Shown: positions 50,201-58,213, counted from the first letter of the stretch. The stretch is DNA of 64,000 nt from an uncultured Gammaproteobacteria bacterium (GCA_964590345.1 CAZPVP010000001.1:131954-195953), one strand, 5' to 3'. Notes: generated by a model from the letters alone, not told the origin. Program-made: numbers and translations.

Positions 50201-52571
50201 GATCCTGCTGGCAAACTCTAAAATCAACTGTATTAGTAAATAAACCTTCAGCTGTTTCCAGCACTATTTGACTGTCAGGAGAAGATGTTCCGTCTGGCAC
50301 GTCTGGCACTTTAACAACAACAGAAGTATTACTCCAAAATTTAGCTTGGCAAGCTTCAGGGAAATCAGTATCGGCCCGTTGCCAGTCTTCTTGATCCGGC
50401 TCATTATTATCAAATCTAACAGAACCTTCCTGATTGCCGAAATTACTGCCAAAAATCGTTACATATTGGCCAACTGGACCAAAATTAGGGCTAATATAAT
50501 CAATTCTTGGCGCTATTGCCGAAGGCAAAACAGTAAAATTAAAAGGATTACTGAATAATTCACTGACTTGAACCTGAACCGATAAAATTTCAGGCTCAAT
50601 ATTTGGTATTAAAGCATTGCTTATTTCAATGTCTGACCAAGACCAGTTTGCTTTGTTGTCAAATTCCATTCCGCCAATTAAAGCTCTTTCTTTTGTCTCA
50701 CCAAAATTTTTACCGCCCAAAGCAACTGACTCGCCAAACTCGCCTTGACTTGGAGTCAAGCTGCATAAAGCCGGCCTGACAATATTATTAATTTTAAAAT
50801 CGCCGACCCAGCCGTCTTCATCACTGGTTGTTTCTTCAAGACCATCAGCATTAATTAATTTCAAAGGTCCGGTCACTGCTTCTTCTGGTATTTCTATAAT
50901 TAATTGATCATCCTGCCAAATATTTTCTGCGCCACAGCCAAGCGGCAATACCGCATTCACGTCATCAGCTAAATCCGCTTCATCACCTAAAAAAATCACC
51001 CTGCCTAACGAAGTGCCAAAACCGCGCCCCCATAAAGTAATAAAATTGCCTGGCGCGCCATTATCTGGCTGAACATCATCAATACGCGGCAAATATTGGC
51101 AAGTACAATCTTCAGTACCTGAACAATAAAATTCAGGACCGCATTTTGTATCATCAGCTTGGCAGCCAGTTGCTGGATCATCATCTTCATCGCAAGGAAA
51201 GCCCATGCCTCTTTCCTGACAAATACAATTTTCATCACAATATAAACCTTCCTGACAGCCAGCATCAGTGCAAAGAGCTCCATCTACTTCAACACATTCT
51301 TCGCCCGGGCCTGGTTTTTCCTGACAAGTACATGTTTCAGAATCACAAACTAATCCAGGATAACAATCGCTTATTTCACAGGCTTCAGTTTCAGTATCAG
51401 CATCGCAACTTTCGCCAATATAAGGCAAACAATATTCAGCGTCCTGGCAAATCTGACTAATACAGCAATCAGACAAACAATCAGCATCAGTTTCACATAT
51501 AATATCAGTCCACAAACCATTACTTTGTTGGGTGCTCACTGTTACCCTTACCTTTCCTGAACTTGTCCCTGGCACGGTTGAATCAATAAATTCTTCAGAC
51601 CAGGATGATGTTTCCGCAATAACATTATTGTAAGTTACTGTGCCAGTCACACCAAATCTTTCACCTTTTAATCCTCTAAAATCACCAGTTTTAGCGCTAT
51701 AAACTTCATTATTGTTTTCATCAAGCAAACAAATTAAAATTGGCGCGGTTGACAACTCTTCACCAGTTAATCTAAAAACATCCAATCGATCGCTTATACC
51801 CCAATCCTTTTCCGAACTTAAAAGCTCATCGGCTGTTTCAGCTACAACCATATAATCATTACCCTCTAAAGTTATTTCTTCTGGCACCTTAACCACTACT
51901 CGGCTAAGCTCGCTGTCTGATATTGGCTTAAACCAATCCGGGTCATCTTCTTTACATTTTAATATCTCAGCTGGGAATTCATTGCCGTCTTTATCCTTAA
52001 AGAAAAGCCGGCCCGGCTCATCGCCGACTAAACCGCCAGTAACTGTAACTCCAGCTCCGCGCAAGCCGCTATCAGGATCAATACATAACCAAGGCTTAGA
52101 ATCATTAGGGTTGGGATCCGCACAATAAATTGTTGGGCCAGGTGAGGGAGGCGGAGGTGAAGGAGGCCCGGGTGGGCCTGGAGGCTCGGTTGGTGCTGTT
52201 ACGCTGACCAACCGGCTTATTACAAAACTGGCTATGGCAAAAGCTGATAAAATTATAACTAAGCCAATAACTGCACCAGTTAACAATTTTTTTGCTTTAT
52301 CAATTTTTTCCGGCATGCCTGCTGCTGTCATATAAAGATACCCTCCGTAAATTATCAAAGCAACAGCTAAAATCCCCAAAAAGCCCAAAAATCCTCTGAT
52401 AATATTCGCGATAGTTATCCTAATGTCTTGAGTGCCCAAACCAGTCCCAGCGCCGTATTCTATGCCAACATCCAAAGCTCCGGCATTTGCAAAATTGCAA
52501 ACAAAAATCAGGCCTAAAACTAAAATTAAGCTTGTAAATATTAATCGTTTTTTAGTTAAAAAATTCTTCAT
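41256..52571 (-). CDS. Giant protein (3771 aa): N-terminal VirB2/TrbC-like T4SS pilin module fused to IPT/TIG repeats, three LamG/concanavalin-like lectin domains and Cys-rich modules
   Basis: The N-terminus has a signal peptide, then LDVGIEYGAGTGLGTQDIRITIANIIRGFLGFLGILAVALIIYGGYLYMTAAGMPEKIDKAKKLLTGAVIGLVIILSAFAIASFVISRLV, which is two hydrophobic helices around a conserved loop. A PGPPGPPSPPPPSPGP linker follows. There are at least 7 IPT/TIG-like units, for example ISPNFGPVGQYVTIFGSNFG, ISPDNGPIGTWVTISGYNFG, FTPNSGAVGTWVALNGCYFG. Three Laminin_G_3-like blocks, for example AMLFNGVSDYVKLP...LELWFKPEQ...WNHLVYTFDGEKYNIYINGVKL. EGF-like CxC-rich segments. Confidence 0.75.
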   Translation of the reverse strand: MKNFLTKKRLIFTSLILVLGLIFVCNFANAGALDVGIEYGAGTGLGTQDIRITIANIIRGFLGFLGILAVALIIYGGYLYMTAAGMPEKIDKAKKLLTGAVIGLVIILSAFAIASFVISRLVSVTAPTEPPGPPGPPSPPPPSPGPTIYCADPNPNDSKPWLCIDPDSGLRGAGVTVTGGLVGDEPGRLFFKDKDGNEFPAEILKCKEDDPDWFKPISDSELSRVVVKVPEEITLEGNDYMVVAETADELLSSEKDWGISDRLDVFRLTGEELSTAPILICLLDENNNEVYSAKTGDFRGLKGERFGVTGTVTYNNVIAETSSWSEEFIDSTVPGTSSGKVRVTVSTQQSNGLWTDIICETDADCLSDCCISQICQDAEYCLPYIGESCDADTETEACEISDCYPGLVCDSETCTCQEKPGPGEECVEVDGALCTDAGCQEGLYCDENCICQERGMGFPCDEDDDPATGCQADDTKCGPEFYCSGTEDCTCQYLPRIDDVQPDNGAPGNFITLWGRGFGTSLGRVIFLGDEADLADDVNAVLPLGCGAENIWQDDQLIIEIPEEAVTGPLKLINADGLEETTSDEDGWVGDFKINNIVRPALCSLTPSQGEFGESVALGGKNFGETKERALIGGMEFDNKANWSWSDIEISNALIPNIEPEILSVQVQVSELFSNPFNFTVLPSAIAPRIDYISPNFGPVGQYVTIFGSNFGNQEGSVRFDNNEPDQEDWQRADTDFPEACQAKFWSNTSVVVKVPDVPDGTSSPDSQIVLETAEGLFTNTVDFRVCQQDPETCPLRPGICLLEPDQGPIGTTDITLYGENFDSYDYDSEQSKVFFWDDKEVADDLSNYWTENQVGSGQVRSGLPMTVPEGAVTGPVELIDQNGLVSNQMQFEVIDCRDDPSICDTENTGLICCELDGVCRLPEDCEMEVAPMCTYKWSFTTGLDIDVEPPQVIEELPCEENTQSPTPWKNSVDNCANIWISARFTQKMDVASLNKNTIIVQKCNDDGAFEENLCSPRPLEPLAIDTINEDTGFVFEPRTEHPDNYLKPNTWYKVTLKSGRDGIKSALELGNYWLDGDFDGIEGGDYSWHFRIRNSAEACEIDNVVVNPQEALIELITEDQEYNAFALAENCNILNGNAYDWTWYKVYSDGTREEASETLEDYGIATISEQDIRPRIRDESGNIISEGNNKIDYKQIATPIDQGLTYIGAEVFPDSPDNEKDEDNELVIDLNLPEIDRIYPNNGLIHPDINAYVTIYGKNFGDEPLAGGVTFEEVPAELVDCGDPWTDEIIQVLAPKAKPVEAEQQATYNLPELVDRNGMILFYSFEDTGGVILEDQLGNYEGEIMGSPQRVSDQFGQAMLFNGVSDYVKLPNTLDLETGSLELWFKPEQAGQQTLFSASDGSDDLFSLDLESGTENGTDLNLVINGQFNKTIGAPVKWNNWNHLVYTFDGEKYNIYINGVKLQYLASEGNLANNNLSQQGFLADVINKTDVLIGAKNSQGIKDYFKGTMDGFAIYDRVLGAGEVRNNYGLQSGQTLLLNFEGTGEQIIDSSVNNFQGVSIADPSKSFRIDEGRYGKAISFNNDNHINIADNPALRFYKGITIEGWFKVSDTQDNVIFEQGDNLSVRIVDDSLLFSVFVADEGEKTGSSVYAETSNGINIDQWNYFAGVYDGEKVKIYLNGQQAEYDEPGRYYKQDIYGDSCLGGCDNEFTGALDEIVVYNRALSEGEIQSRLGAKDGSYVYVQTLFGKAKSDRTFIYSENVYPFLCDLQPDFGLEGTEVALDGDNFGDSNKTTYEGKEYGVGSYTIFDADFLGDENIRGWTNKLVEAINPFSDIGYPEIDVSISIDPYSEPYNDLTGDGFFTPCAEGQTEGCDEYADINSNFEYDSGTYSVENFETGNTEQNTEQVDSLESNTLPFYLPPVIEKISPDNGPIGTWVTISGYNFGEYVKGESKVFFYNDKEALFPPPPCDNYWTNTQIIVEVPEGAEPGDLYLITGTGLESNRVNYEVNDDPLGAGICQITPTFGEPDEVVVVQGDRFEVEKGNSNLIFTDRAIATTSYWDNKTITGNVPAGAETGEVVVTKRIETGRACAGFSIGTWCPSGQYDIVYEDVPSNPVNFTVFGGCEVTGSGKIGRKEAVLSGFPIRPHDQAGKIASYVNTYNSTSDGTYLYARTDTTWWNWRLSYDSNISGVNPRNIIYKIGTGYNGTELGRIYNEYVWRDRIQPDSSEQVIYLPSITYHSDGKFYPGLTYAEGGNWWVPEIIFDDETNEFYLQQSASLPSPFLNFVGGIINAARNISNGSLINGGLIDSNGQYVFNVAQIKFWWGKTYKVKIYDPKNNWRLVKSFTVDDLPNGVAGPLGIAVDENIIYISNYYNNSSIGVVALNWHSEEYVTSWSKNNLSPNEENEAIGGYDWENRVFWTGELSLVRDAEKNRISKYVACPLTGAADQCKTDLDCNACGEGTSSCINGRCTPYIMEFTPNSGAVGTWVALNGCYFGCDPGQVYFWGKTAEQMEDLTSLQDYKAYYSFDDDTANDASANEYHGELKGDASIDQGILNLNGTGDYVALPISYGQSELPETTVCARVKSSSQQAQIIASFDRSEVWRLALKDTVPTGAANVGWDTTDSLDQTRDLSTESDYADGNWHYICGWFNTNASPNKRIYVDGEQVAAVTTPGDKSLGAGQERSQSFGFIGVGSEARKPDGVKSPESWFYGQIDELRIYDRALTDVEIQVLAGKQATGYIKEALNVGEKNPDCGETWRCNPDDYDEVIVEVPNQDIEPNMDCPEGDCPPEGYDLNDAIDGPIKLITAFGAPYEDTTEHLDPANYDVDDVSVPNLCRLTPDLGNQGITVRAIGENFADLQANDYIKFGPNSELSELREPWYDYGLDGLPSEQEDGYDPEINPDPASDDFDSSSNPDGTEGNNQYDYDEKEGIGELFIDVNENGLYDTDLSADDYSFKITDYINEQEFNACPADDGWANENICFKVPEDAAGYGTTFGTGRNQVQVSKDINGQDILSSALRFDVSFGACGDKIIDRGLGEMCDDGTMPEIEDSELEEICQKLFSERPDEEIDQCYADCADDCNLMFCIGNDCRSILDLCGNNIISNYPELNYMEDCDCGEEWQCTVVGLNNQTCETLELEPGELSCYPPGHNEQCEFDTSACSLLELPQFKVQATMPNHGEEEFCTNGIVDIYFDDLIDESTLENHIRIASCSDSTFARQQNKGLVYKTVQYFKNIFKRLVGYDRQALAQECTEFSSEEYELETLNAYDKTIVSLFTDNFLDSEQYYQVTIIGGEIGIKSLAGGQLDNSNSPWPDPLADSEDYIFGFKTLGEADDPQSGICNVEWIDVSVYSKPFTIWDNRNAEFRDDDLFMCAGRDDCALDLDFDQDPATEGNQHEYDAIGKSKKGFSLKANYQWSKTDDTDPQRAIEIYNDKPELTGGDSSEDDYKVQNDTGITFVTAKPIEEAFAQLAIEAQAKGSFEPPAQENFDVYILLCENPWPSIQEKFPISSLINAYNFQTYYCRDAGPPGPAGDLPAARWLFPDVANLSNLTNTDFEYGNLLNWVEATGTAFDSQPVYTDITSQRDGISSQIQGNWWIGTYERYRGNYWEETTDIQDTKPTGVLHSQAFLIEGNEIRFKIGGSNNPWPEASYSYSVDDSNNANAVVWAIRDDPEKEWQIVDSATGEDRTTMREEIFDTAKFMTGRQCSDDNDCNGYGTCKDLEGSICGDLPGEECQCTPVAGIIYIYDNNFGGYTNFDDLRQYKNGIEIPIRF

Positions 52572-52577
52572 GCTATT

Positions 52578-53726
52578 TTATTGATTTGGTTTAAAATTAA
52601 TAGTTACAGTCGCTGGAAATTCCTTGGCCAAAAGAATGCCCTCTTTCAAATCTGCTGAGAAAAAATACCATTCTGCATCTAAAAGTGGGCTTTTGAAACC
52701 CCACTCATGAGGCTCAAATTTATTTACTGTTAAATCAAAAATCAATTCTTCAGATCCATCACCAATATAAATAACTTCGCCGTCAGTACAGCAAGGCGCC
52801 CAGCCATTATTATAAACTAATTTATTATTGCACTCGCCATACCTGTCGCCTCTAATATTAGTCTTATCACATGGATAATTTGGCAAAGATGCCAATATGC
52901 CATCGTCTAATATTGCAAATTTAAAATAATCCCTGGTCTTTGTTAATGAACCATTAAATCCGCCTGATCCCTTGTTAATCTCGCTATGAATATTAATTAA
53001 ATAATATTTTGGCTGATTAGGATTGCTTTGATCTTTATAAATAAAGCTTATTGTGCGATTAGCCGCTATCATCCTGTTAAAAAAACCGCCATATTCTTCA
53101 AGAGAAATAATATTAGTGCTTGCAGTGAACTCAGTGCCATAACTGTAAAAATCTTTAATTGATTTATTTAAACTAAAAATACCCAAATCAACGCTCTGCC
53201 CATTATAATCCATTGAAAAACCAGTATCAGTCAATAAACCAATAGAATCATCATCATCTTCTTCCTCGCCATTTTCTTGCTCGCCATCACCATAATATTG
53301 CTGATTAATATTTTCATTTACGATTCGGCCGTTCTCTGCCATTTCCACACCTGTTGCTTCCATTATTTTTTTCAAAATATAATTAGTTATACCAAAAGCA
53401 ACCAAAATGACAACTAAACCAGTACCAGCAGAAATTAATATTTTCTTAGCTTTTTCTAATTTTTCTGAATCATTCCTGCCAATTAGATATAAAAATCCGC
53501 CATAAATAAACAAAGCCACTGCCACTATTCCTAATAAACCTAAAGAAACTTTAATTATATTTGCCATCGTCAGCCTAAAATCTCCAGCGCCTAAACCTGT
53601 TTCTGTGCCATATTCTAAGCCAACTTCTATCATGCCTGCATTTGCCTGACTAACTAATAAAAATAAGCTTAAAAGAACAATTATTCCTAACAAATATATA
53701 ACTTTTTTTGCAAAAATTTTATTCAT
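52578..53726 (-). CDS. T4SS pilin-like N-terminal module fused to a ~260-aa extracellular domain (382 aa)
   Basis: The N-terminus GMIEVGLEYGTETGLGAGDFRLTMANIIKVSLGLLGIVAVALFIYGGFLYLIGRNDSEKLEKAKKILISAGTGLVVILVAFGITNYIL is colinear with the N-termini of the two neighbouring genes. The C-terminal domain is unrelated. Confidence 0.65.
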   Translation of the reverse strand: MNKIFAKKVIYLLGIIVLLSLFLLVSQANAGMIEVGLEYGTETGLGAGDFRLTMANIIKVSLGLLGIVAVALFIYGGFLYLIGRNDSEKLEKAKKILISAGTGLVVILVAFGITNYILKKIMEATGVEMAENGRIVNENINQQYYGDGEQENGEEEDDDDSIGLLTDTGFSMDYNGQSVDLGIFSLNKSIKDFYSYGTEFTASTNIISLEEYGGFFNRMIAANRTISFIYKDQSNPNQPKYYLINIHSEINKGSGGFNGSLTKTRDYFKFAILDDGILASLPNYPCDKTNIRGDRYGECNNKLVYNNGWAPCCTDGEVIYIGDGSEELIFDLTVNKFEPHEWGFKSPLLDAEWYFFSADLKEGILLAKEFPATVTINFKPNQ

Positions 53727-53734
53727 AAAATTGT

Positions 53735-55825
53735 TTATTCTATTTCACAGCTTGGGAAAACACCAAGCCAAGGATCGTCTTCCAAATAAACGCCAGGGGT
53801 GTCAGTCTCTTCCTTAACACAACCAGGACCGGCGCAAGGCTGATAACAATTTTGGAAAATATCTTTAACTCCTGAACCGACTCTTAAACTAAAATCCAAA
53901 TTCTCGCCTAAAACCGCATGTCCCATAATTGCAATTGTCTGCCCTTCGGGTCTATTTAAAAATTTATTCACGCTCTCCAGCCAGTAAGCCCAGCCGCCGC
54001 CTGGATAATTAGCGCTTTCCAAAATTTCACTTGAAGGCTGAATCAGCGTTATATATTCAGTCTCAACACAAGTCTGGCCTGCCGGGCAAGCAACATTTGG
54101 GGTACAAACAAGTCTTTCTCCTTGATCATTCAAACAATAACCGCTAGCGCTATCACAACTCGTTCCAGGACACTCATCATCGCTTGTACAAGGGCAATAA
54201 CCGTCGCCATAACCGCTGTCTGGCTTAATTGTGCTTGCCATTATTAATCTGTCAAAAGCTATTTCAAAATTAACTCTGGGACGAATATCTGTGCCGCCAG
54301 CCTCTGGATAATATCTTTCTATTTCTGGAGGGGATAATTGTATCTTGTCACTAGTGTAAAAACTCCACTGCGAATCATCACCTTGATCATCAGGATCAGG
54401 AATATTGATATAATAAGGGGGATTTTTGCTTTGAGATTCCGGCCCTTGGGCTTGATTATCTAAATTACCATCTAAAGAATTATCAGCCATATCAACTATG
54501 CCGTCGTAAGGGAAACTGGCAGCCGGGCTTCCGGCTTCAAATAAAGAAGCAGCTTTAACTAAAACAGTAATAAATTCGTTTTCAGGCAGGCAAAAAACAT
54601 CGCCGCCGCAAGTATTTTTACCGCACAAGTCATTAGTTACAAATTCAACTGTTTTATATTGATTGGAATATAAAAATTCTCCAGCAATTATATTATCACT
54701 ATCTTCATTACAATCAGCAGGATTAGATTCAGCACATACGTTAATATTATTGAAAGTATTAATTTGGTTAGTTTGAGGATCTCTTCTTAAACTGCCGACT
54801 GTGCCCCCTTTTTCCAGTTCAACCAAGCCCCTCATTGTCATTGGATTAATTGCTTCATTAAAATTAAGCTGGACAATATGATTTCTAGGCACTGTCTGTT
54901 CAGGGGTATTAGCTGGCCGTGGCAAGACTGAAACAATTTTTGGCGGAGTTAAATCAACCACTGTTGAAACCTCAAAACTCCAGTCATAACCGCCAAACAA
55001 GCCAAAGGCATCTTGGCCATTAAACTTTTTAATATTATCAGTTAATTCAACAGTATAATTAGTCGGTTCATCAGGACTGCCCAATAAGGTTATTGGCTTA
55101 AAAACAAATGTTTTCAAATCATCAGTATGAAAAGCCCTTACATCCGAAACATAAGGTCCGTCAAAATCAGCTGTTTTACGAATTTTAATGCTGTCAGGAT
55201 TAATTAAATCATCTAAATCATCCTCGGGATTCTTCTCATTGACAATGCTAGTAACATCCATTTCTTCTTTAAAAGTCACTACAATGCTGGTATTGCGCGG
55301 AATATCAAAAGCATTGCGAGCAGGATAATGACTTTCAATAATGCCATTGCCCAAAGCACCCCCTCCTCCGCCATAAGGTGGCGGTCCCGGCGGTCCAAGT
55401 CCGGTTGCTTCCAATAAAAGATTAATAATAAAACTGGCAATAGCAAAAGCCATTAAAATAATCAATAAACCAATTACTGCATTTATTAAAATCTTTTTTG
55501 CTTTTTCAATTTTTTCAGGATTACCAGCTGAAGTCATGTAAATAAAGCCGCCATAAAGAATAATTCCAACAGCCAAAATGCCCAAGAAACCCAAAGCCGC
55601 TCTGATAATATTGGCTATAGTAATTCTAATATCCTGAGTACCTAAACCAGTTCCTTCAGCATATTCTAATCCCACTTCAAGCTCGCCAGCAAAAACAACT
55701 GAAGCAAATAAAAAAACCGCCAAAACCAAAAAACCTATCACTAAAATTTTGGCAGCTTTACTGATTTTCTTTTTCTTTTTTTTCTCTTGGCTTGCTTTCG
55801 AAGTCAAGAGTGATTTTTGACGCAT
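53735..55825 (-). CDS. T4SS pilin-like N-terminal module fused to a ~560-aa extracellular Cys-rich domain (696 aa)
   Basis: The N-terminus GELEVGLEYAEGTGLGTQDIRITIANIIRAALGFLGILAVGIILYGGFIYMTSAGNPEKIEKAKKILINAVIGLLIILMAFAIASFIINLL is a third paralogue of the module. A GLGPPGPPPYGGGGG linker follows. The C-terminal Cys-rich region includes CPCTSDDECPGTSCDSASGYC. Confidence 0.65.
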   Translation of the reverse strand: MRQKSLLTSKASQEKKKKKKISKAAKILVIGFLVLAVFLFASVVFAGELEVGLEYAEGTGLGTQDIRITIANIIRAALGFLGILAVGIILYGGFIYMTSAGNPEKIEKAKKILINAVIGLLIILMAFAIASFIINLLLEATGLGPPGPPPYGGGGGALGNGIIESHYPARNAFDIPRNTSIVVTFKEEMDVTSIVNEKNPEDDLDDLINPDSIKIRKTADFDGPYVSDVRAFHTDDLKTFVFKPITLLGSPDEPTNYTVELTDNIKKFNGQDAFGLFGGYDWSFEVSTVVDLTPPKIVSVLPRPANTPEQTVPRNHIVQLNFNEAINPMTMRGLVELEKGGTVGSLRRDPQTNQINTFNNINVCAESNPADCNEDSDNIIAGEFLYSNQYKTVEFVTNDLCGKNTCGGDVFCLPENEFITVLVKAASLFEAGSPAASFPYDGIVDMADNSLDGNLDNQAQGPESQSKNPPYYINIPDPDDQGDDSQWSFYTSDKIQLSPPEIERYYPEAGGTDIRPRVNFEIAFDRLIMASTIKPDSGYGDGYCPCTSDDECPGTSCDSASGYCLNDQGERLVCTPNVACPAGQTCVETEYITLIQPSSEILESANYPGGGWAYWLESVNKFLNRPEGQTIAIMGHAVLGENLDFSLRVGSGVKDIFQNCYQPCAGPGCVKEETDTPGVYLEDDPWLGVFPSCEIE

Positions 55826-55847
55826 GGGAATCTATTTAAATAAAATT

Positions 55848-56288
55848 TTATTCGGCAATTTCTTTTTCAACAATTTGCTTAACTAAGCTACCATCGGCTT
55901 TATCTTTTAATTCACTCATAACCGCAGCCATAACTTTGCCTATATTCTCTTTATCCTCTAATTGGTTTATTATCTCTTTAACTTTTTTTTCAATTTCTTC
56001 TTCACTCATTTGTTTCGGTAAATATTTCTCTAAAATCTCTAACTCTTTCTTTTCTTTATCAGCTAATTCCTGGCGATTAGCTTTTTCGTATTCGATTATT
56101 GATTCTTTTCGTTTTTTTATCTCACTCTTTATTACTTTAACAACATCTTCATCTTTTAAATCTTCTTTTTTTTGTATTCTTTCATTTTTTAAAGCAGCCA
56201 AAAGCAGACGTAATGTTGAAACTACGGCTTGCTCTTTTTTTACAAAAGCTTGCTGAAAATCTTTTTCTATTTGCTCTAAAAGCGACAT
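55848..56288 (-). CDS. yqeY: GatB/YqeY-domain protein
   Basis: MSLLEQIEKDFQQAFVKKEQAVVSTLRLLLAALKNE matches the YqeY family N-terminus. The track ORF extends to 56375, but the internal Met gives the canonical start. It is immediately downstream of rpsU, which is the conserved rpsU-yqeY arrangement. Confidence 0.7.
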   Translation of the reverse strand: MSLLEQIEKDFQQAFVKKEQAVVSTLRLLLAALKNERIQKKEDLKDEDVVKVIKSEIKKRKESIIEYEKANRQELADKEKKELEILEKYLPKQMSEEEIEKKVKEIINQLEDKENIGKVMAAVMSELKDKADGSLVKQIVEKEIAE

Positions 56289-56376
56289 TTTTACATGGCT
56301 ACGGATACTACAAAATGATACAGAAATTTGCTTAAAATTTATAATTCTGTAACTGAGCTGCAGCTCCGCATCCAAA

Positions 56377-56598
56377 TTAATCTTCCATCAATTTGCCAAT
56401 TTTTTTTAAATATTCTTTTTTAGCTTTAATTTTATTTCTTCTTAAAGCTAATTTTTTAGCTAAATTTTTATTTGGCTCTTTTTCCAAAAATCTAATTTTT
56501 TTGGCTTGTAAAATCTTACCGCTTTGTAAAACTTTTTTATTAAAACGTCTCAACAAGCTTTCAAAAGTCTCGCTTTTTTTTCTTTTTGCTTCTGCCAT
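56377..56598 (-). CDS. rpsU: 30S ribosomal protein S21
   Basis: 73 aa and very basic. SLLRRFNKKVLQSGKILQAKK...ALRRNKIKAKKE fits S21. Confidence 0.8.
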   Translation of the reverse strand: MAEAKRKKSETFESLLRRFNKKVLQSGKILQAKKIRFLEKEPNKNLAKKLALRRNKIKAKKEYLKKIGKLMED

Positions 56599-56720
56599 TT
56601 ATTTACTCACATCTCCTTTCTAAAACTTAACTTAATAATAACAATAAACTTAAATTTCGTCAAACAAAATTAATAAAAAAACGCTGGCTTTAAACCGGCG
56701 CCTATTTTATTGTAAAAATC

Positions 56721-58172
56721 TTACAAACCTAACCTTTTCTTCACCTCTTTAACTGCCTTATTATAATTAATGGTTTCTTGTATGCCGCCTTCCATATCAC
56801 GGAGCAAAATTGTTTCTTCAGAAAGTTCTTTCTGACCTAAAATTAAAGCATATTTAACACCTAACTTATTAGCGATATCCAATTGATTCTTAAGCCCATC
56901 TTTAGAAAAACTTTCTGCCATTTTAATTCCTTCCTGTCTTAAAGTCTCATAAAGAACCAGACATTTTCTTTTGGCTGCCTCGCCCAACTGGGCAATAAAA
57001 ACATCGGGGTTTTCTTCTTCTGATACTTCTATTTCCAATTCTTTTATTTTTAAAATAATACGCTCAATCCCCAAAGCTACGCCAACTGCCGGAGTTGGAC
57101 GACCGCCTAACATCTCTATCAAGCCATCATAACGGCCGCCACCGCCTAAAGCATTTTGCGCTTTTTTACTACCTTGTTCTGCCCAAACTTCAAAAACTGT
57201 TTTAGTATAATAATCTAATCCGCGAACTAAACAAGAATTAAGATTATAAGGTGTTTCTATTTCATCTAAAAATTCTAAAACTTTAACAAAATGATTTTTA
57301 CAATCATCACATAACCAATCAACAATCTGAGGCGCATCTTCGCTAATAGCTATACATTTTTCTTCTTTACAATCCAAAAGTCGCAAAGGATTTTTAGTTA
57401 ATCTTGCTTTACAATTATCACATAAATCTGTTTTTTGAGTTTTATAATAATTAATTAATTGAGTTTTATATTCTTTTCTACATTCTGGACAACCGATGCT
57501 ATTTATTTGGATATTAACATCTATGCCCAATTCTTTAAAAAAATTATAACTCATAATTATTATTTGAGCATCTAAAACTGGATTAATATCACCAAGCGAT
57601 TCAAAACCAAATTGATGGAATTGACGATATCGGCCTGACTGCGGACGATCATAACGAAACATATGGCCAATATAAAAAAACTTAACTGGTTGAGACAAAT
57701 TAAGCATGCCATGATTAATATACGCACGCGCTACTGAAGCTGTTGCTTCGGGCCTTAAACTTACATTATCACCGCCTTTATCTACAAAAGAAAACATTTC
57801 TTTTTCAATAATATCGGTGTCTTTGCCTACTGCATGAATAAACAAAGAGGATTCCTCCAAAATTGGCAAATCAATCCTTTCAAAACTATAATCTTTTGCC
57901 ATTTGCTTTGCTTTATTTCTAATCAGCTGCCAATATTTTTGTTCAGAGGGTAAAATATCTTTAAAACCTCGCAAAAGCTGGGGTGTGCTTCTTGTCGGCT
58001 TAACTATTTTTGTTGCCTCTTCTGCTTTCTTTTTCTCAGTTTTCTTTTTGGCTGCTTTTGTTTTTTTACTGGCTGTTTTTTTTGTTTTAGCCTTTACTTT
58101 TTTGGTTGCAGATTTTGATGCAGTTTTTGCTGCGGCTTTTTTAGTTGTTTTTTTCTTTTTAGTTCTGGTCAT
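56721..58172 (-). CDS. hisS: Histidyl-tRNA synthetase with a ~60-aa Lys/Ala-rich N-terminal extension
   Basis: Class II aaRS motifs (LRGFKDILP, FRYDRPQSGRYRQFHQ, GGGRYDGL) and a C-terminal anticodon-binding domain. The N-terminus MTRTKKKKTTKKAAAKTASKSATKKVKAKTKKTASKKTKAAKKKTEKKKAEE looks like a histone H1-like tail. Confidence 0.9.
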   Translation of the reverse strand: MTRTKKKKTTKKAAAKTASKSATKKVKAKTKKTASKKTKAAKKKTEKKKAEEATKIVKPTRSTPQLLRGFKDILPSEQKYWQLIRNKAKQMAKDYSFERIDLPILEESSLFIHAVGKDTDIIEKEMFSFVDKGGDNVSLRPEATASVARAYINHGMLNLSQPVKFFYIGHMFRYDRPQSGRYRQFHQFGFESLGDINPVLDAQIIIMSYNFFKELGIDVNIQINSIGCPECRKEYKTQLINYYKTQKTDLCDNCKARLTKNPLRLLDCKEEKCIAISEDAPQIVDWLCDDCKNHFVKVLEFLDEIETPYNLNSCLVRGLDYYTKTVFEVWAEQGSKKAQNALGGGGRYDGLIEMLGGRPTPAVGVALGIERIILKIKELEIEVSEEENPDVFIAQLGEAAKRKCLVLYETLRQEGIKMAESFSKDGLKNQLDIANKLGVKYALILGQKELSEETILLRDMEGGIQETINYNKAVKEVKKRLGL

Positions 58173-58213
58173 ATTTTTGCTTATCGCTAATAGCTATATG
58201 CTATTTTGCTAAA

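Noticed and set aside
55848-56375. Longer 175-aa version of the yqeY ORF starting at 56375
   Set aside because: The first 29 residues (MDAELQLSYRIINFKQISVSFCSIRSHVK) are not YqeY-like and would nearly abut the rpsU stop. The canonical family start MSLLEQIEKD at 56288 is preferred.
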